Assembly: GCA_963707955.1 (NCBI GenBank)
Contig: OY970176.1
Span: 1,312,001 to 1,376,000, forward strand
From: Candidatus Bathyarchaeota archaeon
GTDB lineage: Archaea; Thermoproteota; Bathyarchaeia; Bathyarchaeales; Bathycorpusculaceae
Length of the DNA: 64,000 nucleotides
Direction of reading: 5' to 3'
Below, in pieces: positions 10,294 through 20,335 of the stretch. The stretch's first letter is position 1; each line of letters begins with the position of its first letter. The translations under genes and the position numbers were made by a program. The notes below the pieces were generated by a model. That model saw only the letters and a program-made list of their open reading frames with translations, searched no databases and was not told the origin of the DNA.

Positions 10294-11277
10294 TTGATCA
10301 TCAGCAAAACGCCTCTTCGTTTGACGCTGGGCGGGGGTGGGACAGACTTGCCTCCGTACTACTCCATGTACGGGGGTTTTGTTGTAACCGCCGCATTGGA
10401 CAAGTACATCTACTTGGTGGTCAAGCGCAGATTTGAAGAAGAAATCAGGTTAAGCTATTCTATAACCGAAATCGTAAAGTCCATAGACGATATTAGACAT
10501 CCCGTCGTCAGAGAAGGATTGCGGCTCCTAGGATTGGCGAGCCATCTTGAGATTGTTTCGATAGCAGACATGCCTGCTGAAACGGGCCTAGGCTCTTCAG
10601 GAAACTTCACCGTCAGCCTCCTACACGCTCTTCACGCTTTCAAAGATGAAAACCCTTCACGGCAAAAACTTGCGGAAGAAGCCTGTTCCTTAGAAATGGA
10701 CATATTGAAAGGACCGAGCGGCGTGCAGGACCCTTACATAGCGGCCTTCGGAGGCTTCATATGTCTAGATATAGCCAAGGATGGAAAAGTCAAGGTTTCA
10801 CGGCTGAAGATTGCAGATGATACTATTCATGAACTTGGAAATAACATGATTTTCTTCTACACCGGGCTCAAAAGGAGCTCTGCTACGGTGCTTCAGGATC
10901 AGAGAAAATCCATACTAGATGACAAGTCTGCGGCGTTGGATTCAATGCACCGCATCAAGGAGATAGGCTTCAAAGTCAGGCAGGCCCTTGAAAATGGAGA
11001 CTTGTCCGAGTTTGGAAGGCTTCAACACGAACACTGGCTGGCAAAAAGAGGCACATCTCCAAAGATTTCAAGCGACCCGATAGACAGGTACTATCAGAAG
11101 GGGTTGGAGAACGGAGCCTTAGGTGGCAAGCTAGCAGGGGCTGGTGGCGGAGGCTTCCTAATGTTTTATTGCGAGAACGGCAAGGACAAGTTGAGGAAAA
11201 CCCTGTCCAAGGAGGGCCTGACAGAAGTCAGATTCAGCTTTGAACCCGAAGGTTCAAAGATAGCCATCAACATTTAA
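10294..11277 (+). CDS. hddA: D-glycero-alpha-D-manno-heptose-7-phosphate kinase (GHMP)
   Basis: PLRLTLGGGGTD, GLGSSG, GKLAGAGGGGF; operon context. Confidence 0.85.
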   Translation: MIISKTPLRLTLGGGGTDLPPYYSMYGGFVVTAALDKYIYLVVKRRFEEEIRLSYSITEIVKSIDDIRHPVVREGLRLLGLASHLEIVSIADMPAETGLGSSGNFTVSLLHALHAFKDENPSRQKLAEEACSLEMDILKGPSGVQDPYIAAFGGFICLDIAKDGKVKVSRLKIADDTIHELGNNMIFFYTGLKRSSATVLQDQRKSILDDKSAALDSMHRIKEIGFKVRQALENGDLSEFGRLQHEHWLAKRGTSPKISSDPIDRYYQKGLENGALGGKLAGAGGGGFLMFYCENGKDKLRKTLSKEGLTEVRFSFEPEGSKIAINI

Positions 11278-11285
11278 GTGATCCC

Positions 11286-11886
11286 ATGAGACGCAACGAC
11301 TTTGTAAATCAATACCTCCAACAATTGGAATCAATAATCAAGAGTATATCCCAAGAAGACATCAACAGCGTGATAGAGACTTCTATACACTGCTTGGAAA
11401 GAAGGAAGACAAGTATTTCTTGCAGGAAACGGGGGCTCTGCGCCGACGGCAACTCACCTTGCGTGCGACTTGGCCAAGTTCACATCTGTCGAAGGCAAGA
11501 AGAGATTCAGAGCCATTTCTCTGGTTGACAATGCGCCGCTTGTTTCGGCGCTCACCAACGATCTGGGCTGGGAAAACGTTTACGTAGAGCAGCTTAAGAA
11601 TTTAATGCGAGAAGGAGACGTCTTCGTGGCAATTAGTGTTCACGGAGGCTCTGGAGCAGAATTAGCCGCCCCTTGGTCACAGAACCTTTTGAAGGCTGCC
11701 AAGTTCATAAAAGAAAATGGCGGCAAGGTTGTGGGCTTAGCTGGTTTCGACGGAGGAGCCCTGAAACAGATAGCCGATGCCTGCATAGTCGTGCTTATAA
11801 ACTCCACGCCACAGGTCGAAGGCTTCCACTCCGTGCTATCGCATCTTATATGCGCTAGACTCCGCGAGTTAATAGGAGAGTCGTGA
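11286..11886 (+). CDS. gmhA: Sedoheptulose-7-phosphate isomerase (+1 frameshift at ~11379, probably a sequencing error)
   Basis: Removing A11379 gives VIELLYTAWKEGRQVFLAGNGGSAPTATHLACDL...ALTND...QVEGFH. Confidence 0.85.
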
Positions 11887-11887
11887 A

Positions 11888-12034
11888 ATGAAGCGCATCA
11901 TCGTATGGGTGGACACCCAAAATACAGAAGTCGCTCAAACTCTTGAGAGACTCAAGAAATTTCTGAGTTCAGCAGGACTTCAGTACAGTATTATAGATAT
12001 CTGTGAACTTGCAAAACTAGGAGAGGACAAATGA
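11888..12034 (+). CDS. 48-aa hypothetical protein in the heptose operon
   Basis: MKRIIVWVDTQNTEVAQTLERLKKFLSSAGLQYSIIDICELAKLGEDK; starts 1 nt after the gmhA stop; ATGA overlap with gmhB. Confidence 0.6.
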   Translation: MKRIIVWVDTQNTEVAQTLERLKKFLSSAGLQYSIIDICELAKLGEDK

Positions 12035-12687
12035 ACCGAGCAGTTTTCCTTGACAGAGACGGTGTAATAAACGAAATTGCCTATTTTCCAGAGTTGGGGT
12101 TGCTTGACTCGCCTCTAAACGTCAAGCAGTTCAGGCTACTGCCTAGAGCAGCCGAGGCGATAATGGTTCTCAACCGTTTGGATCTTAAGGTAATAGTTGT
12201 GTCAAATCAGCCTGCCATAGCAAAGGGAAAAATGACAATGAAGGCCTTTGAAGAAATAAGGCTGAAAATGAAGAAGGAACTTGAAAGAAAAGGTGCTCAT
12301 CTAGATGGTGAGTATTACTGCTTTCACCATCCTTCAGCAAAAATCGCCAAGTATAGAACCAGCTGCGATTGTAGGAAGCCGAGACCTGGCCTTTTCCTGA
12401 AGGCAGCAAAAGATTTTGCACTGGACCTGAAAAAAAGCTATGCTGTAGGTGACAGCCTTACAGATATTAAAGCTGGCAAGGCTGTCGACTGCAGAACGAT
12501 CTTGATTGGTTCTCTGAAATGTGATCTTTGCAGACTCATGGAACTCGAAGGCGTCAAACCGGACCACATCGTGGCCGACTTGCTTGACGCATCGAAAATA
12601 ATCCAGAAAGAAATCAACGAAAGCGTCAGACCGGACTTGATCATATCAAAAGCATTTCGCACATCAAGATCAGTAAAAGGTGAATGA
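12031..12687 (+). CDS. gmhB: D,D-heptose 1,7-bisphosphate phosphatase (HAD)
   Basis: FLDRDGVIN, SNQ, CFHHP, CDCRKPRPG, VGD. Confidence 0.92.
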   Translation: MNRAVFLDRDGVINEIAYFPELGLLDSPLNVKQFRLLPRAAEAIMVLNRLDLKVIVVSNQPAIAKGKMTMKAFEEIRLKMKKELERKGAHLDGEYYCFHHPSAKIAKYRTSCDCRKPRPGLFLKAAKDFALDLKKSYAVGDSLTDIKAGKAVDCRTILIGSLKCDLCRLMELEGVKPDHIVADLLDASKIIQKEINESVRPDLIISKAFRTSRSVKGE

Positions 12688-13379
12688 AAATGGAAATATT
12701 CCTTGACACAGCAAGTATCAAAGAGATAAAGGAGATACTGCCGTGGGGCATCATCAGCGGGGTTACGACAAACCAGAAAATTTTCTTAGCTGAAAAAGGC
12801 GTCAACTTTAAAGACAGAGTCCTCGAAATCTTGTCTCTCGTAGACGGGCCGTTAAGCGTGGAGCTGACCAAGACAGCAGAGGGCGACGAGGAGCTAGTCA
12901 AAGAAGCAAAGGAGTACTCGAGTTGGAACCCGAAGAACATCGTCATCAAAGTTCCAATGTTCGGCGACGGCCGAGGACTTCGAATCGTCAGCAGGCTCAA
13001 GAAGGAAAACATCAAGACAAACATGACTTGCATGATTACCACGAATCAGGTAATGTTAGCAGCCAAGGCTGGAGCCACATACGCCAGCATATTCTTTAAC
13101 CGCGTACGAGATTCTGGCATCGACCCGATGAAGGTTATACAAGAGTCAAGGCGCATAATAGAAGAGGGACGTTTTTCCTCGAAGATTATTGTGGGCAGCA
13201 TCAGAAAGCCTGAGGACGTCACTGAGGCAGCTGTGGCTGGAGCCCACATCATAACGATACCCTACAAGATTCTGATACAGATGCCTTCCCATCAGAAGAC
13301 AGAAGACACTATCAAAGAATTCGACCAAGCATGGTTAGAGTTCAAGAAGTGTGAAGATCAAAAGCGAAGTCTACGATGA
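12684..13379 (+). CDS. tal: Transaldolase (TalC/FSA family)
   Basis: FLDTA, GVTTN, Schiff-base VIKVP, GSIR; Glu and Phe pattern of the transaldolase type. Confidence 0.85.
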   Translation: MKMEIFLDTASIKEIKEILPWGIISGVTTNQKIFLAEKGVNFKDRVLEILSLVDGPLSVELTKTAEGDEELVKEAKEYSSWNPKNIVIKVPMFGDGRGLRIVSRLKKENIKTNMTCMITTNQVMLAAKAGATYASIFFNRVRDSGIDPMKVIQESRRIIEEGRFSSKIIVGSIRKPEDVTEAAVAGAHIITIPYKILIQMPSHQKTEDTIKEFDQAWLEFKKCEDQKRSLR

Positions 13380-14119
13380 TCGGCATTATTCTTGCAGGTG
13401 GGTATGCCAAGAGACTCTGGCCGTTGACCATGGATAAACCTAAAGCTCTGCTGCCGATAGCTGGAAGACCCATACTTGACCATGTTGTTGACAAACTTGC
13501 TTCATTAGAACCGCCGATGCACAGAATAGTGTTGTCAACGAACCTAAAGTTTCAATCGCAGTTCCAGAAGTGGCTCGAAACTGGTTCATACCGTAACATT
13601 GAACTTACACCAGAGAAATCTTCTTCTGAAAAGGAGAAGCTCGGGGCCGTTAGAGCCCTTGCCGACATAGTTGAGACGGTAGTTTCTGAAGATATCTTGG
13701 TTCTGCCTGGCGACAACCTATTCACCGACAAACTTGGGAACTTTATCCATTTCTTCTGCGAAAAGCGCGCCCCAACCGTAGCTTTATACCACGCTAGGAA
13801 TCTGACCGAAACCGAAAAAGGTTCCACTGTCAAGGTGGACGAAAACGGCAGAATACTAGAGTTTAAAGAAAAGCCTAAACACCCAACAACGACCCTAGTG
13901 GGTGCTGCCATCTACGCCTTTCCAGCAGGCATAAACAGAAGATTCGGCGAATACTTACAATCGGGACTCGCGACTGATGAGCCTGGAAGATTTATTGAGT
14001 GGCTCCATAAACGAGAGCCAGTTTTTGGCTTCATGCTTAAAGATTACTTGTGGGACATAGGAACATTAGACTCGTACAGAGCTGCTGACGAATTCTTTCG
14101 CGCGCATACTCTTTGCTAA
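13376..14119 (+). CDS. Sugar-1-phosphate nucleotidyltransferase (HddC-like)
   Basis: ILAGGYAKRL, KPKALLP, GDN, EKP, DIGT. Confidence 0.8.
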   Translation: MIGIILAGGYAKRLWPLTMDKPKALLPIAGRPILDHVVDKLASLEPPMHRIVLSTNLKFQSQFQKWLETGSYRNIELTPEKSSSEKEKLGAVRALADIVETVVSEDILVLPGDNLFTDKLGNFIHFFCEKRAPTVALYHARNLTETEKGSTVKVDENGRILEFKEKPKHPTTTLVGAAIYAFPAGINRRFGEYLQSGLATDEPGRFIEWLHKREPVFGFMLKDYLWDIGTLDSYRAADEFFRAHTLC

Positions 14120-14537
14120 GAATGGTTGAATGCGCGCCTTGCAATCAATGGAGTAGCCACAAAAGATTTTCTATCCGAGAGAGATATAGGAGGTCAGGAC
14201 ATGGTGTGTGAGATTCTGCGCGCATGCAGAGGACCAAGAATTCAGCCTCTCTGAATCAGTGCTCAAACTTTTGGGGAGTGACCAAAACGTTTATTTCAAT
14301 TGAGTACTCATGATGGCGATAGTTACTGGCGTGAAGTTTGTACGAGTATTCCACTCGTGAATCACATTTCCCTCAAGAAGATGGTTGAACAGATAGGAAA
14401 GGCAAAGCGCACTATGGCTATTGGAAGGCGATATAGCACTGACGTGCTAGAAAAGCACCGGAAGAATTGAGGAGATTGAACGGTCATTGCAATGGGTTCC
14501 ACTTGAAAGTGAGAAGAAAGAGGATGATGATTGAAAA

Positions 14538-15497
14538 ATGAAGGCTTTAGTGACTGGAGGAGCAGGGTTTATAGGAAGTCATCTAGTAGACAGACTTCTT
14601 GCTGACGGACATTCAGTAACTGTGATGGATAATTTTTCATGTGGGACACGAGAAAACTTGCGTTCTTCCAAAAGTCTTTCTTCTACAAGACTTGAGATTT
14701 CAAAAGTGGATATCGCAGACGGAAAACGAGTCAATAAAGTATTTAGTGAAAATAAATACGATGCTGTTTTCCATTTAGCGGCACAAGCTGATATAAGAAA
14801 GAGTCTTTTGGGATTCAAAGGCGATTTAGACAATAATGTGATTGGAACATTAAACATACTAGAAGCAATGAAGAAGTATGGTGTAAACGATCTTGTGTTT
14901 GCTTCCTCTTCAGCTCTCTATGGAGAAGCTACTGTTAGACCAACACCGGAAGATTATAGTCCTATTCAGACATCGTTATATGGTGCTTCTAAACTTGCTT
15001 GTGAGGCATTTACTGAAGCATATACAGAGTTCACTAAAATAAAGCTGTGGGCTTTCAGATTTACTAATGTGATTGGTGAGAGATGTCGAAGGGGGGTTAT
15101 TGGTGATTTTGTTAGGAAGTTTTTGAAGAATCCAAAAGAGCTTGAAATACTTGGAAATGGTAAACAGAGCAAAGAGTATTTGTACGTTAAGGATTGCATC
15201 AACGGGATGCTGACAGGTCATCTACAATCTTCAGAGAAGACAAACATTTTCAATTTGGGTGTGAGTTGTCAAACAACAGTTGACGAAGTTGCTAGTATTG
15301 TTATTGAAGAAATGGGATTGAGTAATGTCAAACGGAAATACACGGGTGGCAATAGAGGCTGGATAGGCGATAATCCAATAGTTGAGCTTTCTTTGAACAA
15401 GATTAAAGGTTTGGGATGGAATACTGAAGTTTCATCAGAAGAAGCAATAAGGCGTACAGCTAGATGGAACATTGAAAATGAACAGGAGGAGGTGTAG
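14538..15497 (+). CDS. NAD-dependent epimerase/dehydratase (GalE-like)
   Basis: GGAGFIG, SSS, YGASK. Confidence 0.9.
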   Translation: MKALVTGGAGFIGSHLVDRLLADGHSVTVMDNFSCGTRENLRSSKSLSSTRLEISKVDIADGKRVNKVFSENKYDAVFHLAAQADIRKSLLGFKGDLDNNVIGTLNILEAMKKYGVNDLVFASSSALYGEATVRPTPEDYSPIQTSLYGASKLACEAFTEAYTEFTKIKLWAFRFTNVIGERCRRGVIGDFVRKFLKNPKELEILGNGKQSKEYLYVKDCINGMLTGHLQSSEKTNIFNLGVSCQTTVDEVASIVIEEMGLSNVKRKYTGGNRGWIGDNPIVELSLNKIKGLGWNTEVSSEEAIRRTARWNIENEQEEV

Positions 15498-15499
15498 AG

Positions 15500-15757
15500 A
15501 TGAAAATGAAAGACATATTCAGATATTTGGCAATGTTTGTAGTTATTGCCTTGCCTATGATAATTGGTTTTGCATGGGGCTATCTCTTTGAGCAGAATAT
15601 TGCAGTCGAGGCTGGGTATACATATTCGTATATCAGACCAAGTTTGTCCTTGTCGTTTTATGTAGAACTATTATGGTTCTTCCCTGTGGCGATCTTCATA
15701 TTGCCAAAAATGGTCGGGAAAATTTCAGAAAAAGTGGAGCCAGATCCGAAAAAGTAA
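15500..15757 (+). CDS. Small two-TM membrane protein
   Basis: Two hydrophobic helices; GGAGGTG SD upstream. Confidence 0.6.
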   Translation: MKMKDIFRYLAMFVVIALPMIIGFAWGYLFEQNIAVEAGYTYSYIRPSLSLSFYVELLWFFPVAIFILPKMVGKISEKVEPDPKK

Positions 15758-15765
15758 GTGACCTT

Positions 15766-16746
15766 ATGAAAACGGTTGTTGCAGGTGGTGCAGGTTTCAT
15801 AGGAAGTCACCTTGTAAAGAGGCTTGTCGATGAAGATAGTGACGTTGTTGTCATAGATGACCTTTCTAGGGGAAGTCGCACTAACCTAGTAGATTTAGAT
15901 CATAGACTGCTTGATGATATTTACATTGAACTGTTTGATTTGCGTAATGGAAGGAAACTTTCTGACATAATGGATGGAGCAGATACAGTTTTTCATTTAG
16001 CTGCTCGCGTTGGAAGCGTTGACTATCTTCATGGCAGTAATCTCGCAGAATTAACAGCTTTTCAGGACAATGTGCGTATTGATGCGAATGTTTTCAGTGC
16101 TTGTAGAGAAGTTAGTGTAAAAAAGATTGTTTATGCATCGAGTGTTTCTGTTTATCCAATGAACAGTCAAAGTTCACCTGATGCGATTTTTAGTGAGAGG
16201 GATATGAACTATCAGAATCCCGATGGTGGATACGGTTGGGCTAAGTTGTTAGGAGAATATCAGTTGGGTTTGATGAAGAATACGAAGATTAGTATCGCTA
16301 GGATATTCAGCATATATGGACCTTGCTCGGCTATTGACGAAACTGCTCAAGCCATACCAGCACTCATAAGGAAAGCGGTCAAGTATCCAACAGAAGATTT
16401 TGTGGTATGGGGAACGGGAAGACAAAGTAGAGACTTCACATACGTTTCTGATTGTGCCGATGCCCTTTTGCTACTAGAGAAAAACGCCAACAATCCGCCT
16501 TTCATAGCTAATGTTGGAACAGGTGCATCTACTTCTATTAGCGATATAGCTCGACTTATCGTAAGCATTTCTGGAAAGGCAATACCGATGAGATTTGATG
16601 AAAATAAGACAACGGGAACAGTTAGTCGAACTGCGAACATAGGAAAATTGTTGAGTTTAGGATGGAAACCAAAGGTAACATTAGACGAAGGTTTAAAGTT
16701 AACCTATAAATGGCTAGAAAAGAGGTACAGATCCGAACGAAGTTAG
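15766..16746 (+). CDS. NAD-dependent epimerase, GDP-mannose 3,5-epimerase-like
   Basis: GGAGFIG, HLAARVG, YGWAK, VWGTGRQSRDF. Confidence 0.8.
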   Translation: MKTVVAGGAGFIGSHLVKRLVDEDSDVVVIDDLSRGSRTNLVDLDHRLLDDIYIELFDLRNGRKLSDIMDGADTVFHLAARVGSVDYLHGSNLAELTAFQDNVRIDANVFSACREVSVKKIVYASSVSVYPMNSQSSPDAIFSERDMNYQNPDGGYGWAKLLGEYQLGLMKNTKISIARIFSIYGPCSAIDETAQAIPALIRKAVKYPTEDFVVWGTGRQSRDFTYVSDCADALLLLEKNANNPPFIANVGTGASTSISDIARLIVSISGKAIPMRFDENKTTGTVSRTANIGKLLSLGWKPKVTLDEGLKLTYKWLEKRYRSERS

Positions 16747-16748
16747 CC

Positions 16749-17354
16749 ATGTTATGCAGGGATGTTCCATTTGAAGAAAGAATAGGGCTAAAGGACAATA
16801 TGAGCGTTCTGGACGTAGGATGTGGTTATGGAGAAATTCTATCTAGGTTGAATGCGGATGATGCGTTTCGTGTTGGTCTCGATATGACCAAGAACAAGTT
16901 GATAAACGGACACGACGATTTTGCTAATGTTAATTTCGTGTTCGGTGATGTAAGTTTCTTACCATTCAGGAATGCTACTTTTGACGTGGTTATGTCAAGG
17001 CAGGCAGTTAGTCATTTCTGGAATCTTGATAAGGCAATTGGGGAAATGAGAAGGGTAACTTGTGAACGAGTTTACATAGAGGATTCAAACATATTCAACA
17101 TAATTGTGTTTTTGAAGCTGCTGTTCCGTTTTGGTCCAGATTGGTTGTGGAATAAACAGAAGGTGCTTGAGAATTTTGGAAAAATGGAAGATATACACTC
17201 AGTTTTTTGGTGGAAGAGGAAAATTAGAGATCCTATTAAACTTCGGACAAGAAAAGAATTTTGGAACTCATTGCTCGATACAATTTGGAAGTTTTTCGGA
17301 CCTGATTGCATTTTTAGTTTTGAATTGCATCAAAGAGATTGTGGGAATGAATAA
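16749..17354 (+). CDS. Class I SAM-dependent methyltransferase
   Basis: VLDVGCGYG, LPF..FDVV. Confidence 0.85.
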   Translation: MLCRDVPFEERIGLKDNMSVLDVGCGYGEILSRLNADDAFRVGLDMTKNKLINGHDDFANVNFVFGDVSFLPFRNATFDVVMSRQAVSHFWNLDKAIGEMRRVTCERVYIEDSNIFNIIVFLKLLFRFGPDWLWNKQKVLENFGKMEDIHSVFWWKRKIRDPIKLRTRKEFWNSLLDTIWKFFGPDCIFSFELHQRDCGNE

Positions 17355-18672
17355 GATCAGAGTGTTAATGGCATCAGTTTCCTTCGGAGTAGGTGGGTCG
17401 TATGTACAGATTCATTCTAAATACATGAACAAGGACCATTTTGATGTTACTGCGTGTGCTTTGTTTGATGATGGTGAGAAAGGTGAACTTTTGAGAAGAA
17501 GTGGCATAAAAACAGAGGTGTTGCATGGTGACTTCTCTACAGTTGAGGATTTGCTAAGAAATGTCGATGTTTTACACATTAATCAAACTGGGTATAAGCA
17601 CCAATCGATATTGAGAATGGCAAAAAAGGTTGGAGTTCCTGTTGCGATTGAGACTGACATATTTGGTTGTTATCCAAATTCTCCAGACGTAGAGAAGATC
17701 GTAGACTTACATTTATGGGTGAGTAAAAATTGCGCTTGGTCATATATGAACAGAGAGAACATTTCAATTGGAGATTTTCTAGTAAAGGGCAGAGTGTTAT
17801 ATGATCCTATTGATGTTGAAGAGTTTGACAAACACAAACCCTCTGAGCAACAAATCTATGATTTCAGGGATGAACTTGGAGTAAATAATGGCGTGACGCT
17901 GATTTGTAGAGTTGGTAGACCAGATATTTCAAAATGGTCTCCCTTTATAATACATATGCTTTGGTATCTGGTTCGTAAGATTCCTGTTAAACTTTTGATA
18001 GTTGGTGGCACGCCTAAATGGGTTTCTAGGAAGATAGCCAAGTATCATTTAGAAAAGAACGTTATAGATTTTGGTGTTGCAACTGAAGACGAGCTGATCA
18101 AAATATATCATTCGATTGATCTCTTGACTCACTGTTCCAGGATAGGTGAGTCTTTTGGGAGAACAATAGGAGATGCTATGGCAGCAGGAAAGCCTGCAGT
18201 TGTGAATTCAACTCCGTGGATGGATAATGCTCAGATTGAACTTGTCGATAATTTTGTTACAGGGTTTGTTGCTAACACTCCAAGTGTATTCTCGGATGCT
18301 GTAACATTAATTGCTAATGACAAGCATCTTGCAAGGACTATGGGAAACTTGGGCTTTCAAAAGGTAAAGGGTCAGTATGATGCTAGGAGTAACACTAGGT
18401 TGCTTGAGAAATATTATGTTGAAATGCTGGCTAGAAAGGGAATGCTGGGTGATGAGGAGCTGTTGTCTGAGTATAAAGGAGTTGCAGAATTTCCTTCTAG
18501 TGATGACATCAGAGCTTATCCGATAGAATATCAAAGGAGGTTAAAAAATTATTTTGGGAATGTGTCTATGATTAATAGGTGTTGGTTAAAGATTAAACAG
18601 TTTACCCAACAACGCCCACGAAGAGGTTACATCTTTAAAGACACGCACTTGCATATCCCTCCAATATTCTAA
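17347..18672 (+). CDS. Glycosyltransferase family 4
   Basis: GVGG, VGRP, ESFGRTIGDAMAAGKP. Confidence 0.85.
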   Translation: MNKIRVLMASVSFGVGGSYVQIHSKYMNKDHFDVTACALFDDGEKGELLRRSGIKTEVLHGDFSTVEDLLRNVDVLHINQTGYKHQSILRMAKKVGVPVAIETDIFGCYPNSPDVEKIVDLHLWVSKNCAWSYMNRENISIGDFLVKGRVLYDPIDVEEFDKHKPSEQQIYDFRDELGVNNGVTLICRVGRPDISKWSPFIIHMLWYLVRKIPVKLLIVGGTPKWVSRKIAKYHLEKNVIDFGVATEDELIKIYHSIDLLTHCSRIGESFGRTIGDAMAAGKPAVVNSTPWMDNAQIELVDNFVTGFVANTPSVFSDAVTLIANDKHLARTMGNLGFQKVKGQYDARSNTRLLEKYYVEMLARKGMLGDEELLSEYKGVAEFPSSDDIRAYPIEYQRRLKNYFGNVSMINRCWLKIKQFTQQRPRRGYIFKDTHLHIPPIF

Positions 18673-18760
18673 AGTCGTGGTTATATGAACAAGGTAACTT
18701 TGGAGCGCGCACGCTGAAATTATGACAATCACGATTAAAACACAGTGAGATGAAACATGC

Positions 18761-19303
18761 ATGAAATTTCCGTTCTCCAGAACAATAAGCAATTGGTACA
18801 AATATCACAGATACAAAGCTGACGGCTGGAAGTTCAGTGACGAACGTAGGATGTTTTACATTCGAGAGTATGATGAGTGGTTACAATTTTATTTGCCCAT
18901 TGCAGTGGAAGGATTGACTGTGTTAGACGAGGGAGCTGGAGAAGGAGAAAGTGCAAGATTCTTTTTAGAGCATGGTGCAAGGAGTGTGATTTGCGTGGAA
19001 CCAGACGTTGTGGCGTTTAAAAATCTTCTCATAAACTCTAAAGAAAGACCGATAGTGTGCGTGAATAAGAGGTTTGATCTGTCAGACTTAAAGTTTGACT
19101 TTGATTTTATGAAGATGGACATTGAAGGTTTTGAGGAAGCAATGCTATCTGTTTCTGACTTTGACAAGCCTTGTGTGATAGAATATCATGGACTTCAACT
19201 CAGAGAGGCATTTGAGAGATTAGGATATATAATACGCAACAAACCGACTCCCCCATATACTATTGGGTATGCTTACAAGAACTTGGGAGATATTAAACCA
19301 TGA
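18761..19303 (+). CDS. FkbM-like SAM methyltransferase
   Basis: VLDEGAGEG, VEPD, MKMDIEGFE. Confidence 0.8.
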   Translation: MKFPFSRTISNWYKYHRYKADGWKFSDERRMFYIREYDEWLQFYLPIAVEGLTVLDEGAGEGESARFFLEHGARSVICVEPDVVAFKNLLINSKERPIVCVNKRFDLSDLKFDFDFMKMDIEGFEEAMLSVSDFDKPCVIEYHGLQLREAFERLGYIIRNKPTPPYTIGYAYKNLGDIKP

Positions 19304-20216
19304 TCTCTACTATTGTGCTTTCAAAGAATAATGATGATACGCTTGATGCGTGTTTAAGGTCTGTTGTAGATTCACTTCCGTATGATAAAGAGGTTCTAGT
19401 TGTGGATGCGCATTCAACAGACAATACGCCGAACATTTTGAAGAAGTATGATGGGAAGATACGTGTTGTTTATGATAAGGGTGAGGGACTAGGCTGGAGT
19501 AGAAATTTTGGAGTTAGAAATGCGACTCATGACATAATAGCGTTTGTTGATTCAGATGTGATATGTGAAAAAGAACATTTCCTAAAGATAATGAACTACT
19601 TCAATGAACATCCAGATATAGGTGCTCTTGACACTTCGGGAATACATCCGATGATTGGTACGAAAGTGCAAAGGTTAGAATCGTTGTTTTGGGCAACAGC
19701 TGAGTCAGGCATTTCTAGTCAGGCTTCTTAAGAGGGTGGTCGATATCGTTCAGACGCAGTGCTTTTGATGCTGTTAATGGTTTTAGAAGAGGAGGTGCTG
19801 ACGATAATGATTTCACTTACAAGCTGAAGAAACATGGTGTCAAGATAGCAAGTATAAGGACAAACAGTTGGCATATGCCAAGAAGAACTTTGCCTGAGTT
19901 GATCAAGGAGATGGAACTTTGGGGAAGGATGGGGGCTTATCTTCAATATCAATGGAGAAGTAATCGAGTCTTCACAAGAGATATGATGAACAGAAGGATA
20001 TTTCGTATTTTGAGGAACGGTAGGGTGATGATGTTTGTTGCCTATTTGGCGTCTCCGATAACTGGGATAAAGTATCTTCGAAAGGCGAAGAACTTTCAAT
20101 TGTATTTGCATTTTATCGTGAGGCAATGGGCGTGGACATTTGGGTTCATACAAGGCAATTTCGACATTGCATTCAATCACGACAGGTATTTGAGGGCACA
20201 TCTTGAAGATGTTTGA
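19300..20216 (+). CDS. Glycosyltransferase family 2 (-1 frameshift at ~19722-19729)
   Basis: VDAHSTD, SRNFG, FVDSD; after the shift FRRSAFDAVNGF...DDNDF continues into the 19875 frame. Confidence 0.8.
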
Positions 20217-20231
20217 AACCAACGCGCGCGC

Positions 20232-20288
20232 TTTCTGATAAAAAAGCGTAACTTAGAAGAGAAATCGCTCTGCACACAACGCTTTAAA
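20232..20288 (+). repeat. Direct repeat, right boundary of glycan island
   Basis: Imperfect copy of 6862-6919. Confidence 0.85.
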
Positions 20289-20335
20289 CTGTCCCAGTGC
20301 TAATGGTGTCTAGCAGAAAACATAGGCGCATCAGA

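Noticed and set aside
14120-14520. Possible gene remnant between the nucleotidyltransferase and the epimerase
   Set aside because: Only short broken frames with no recognisable motif.
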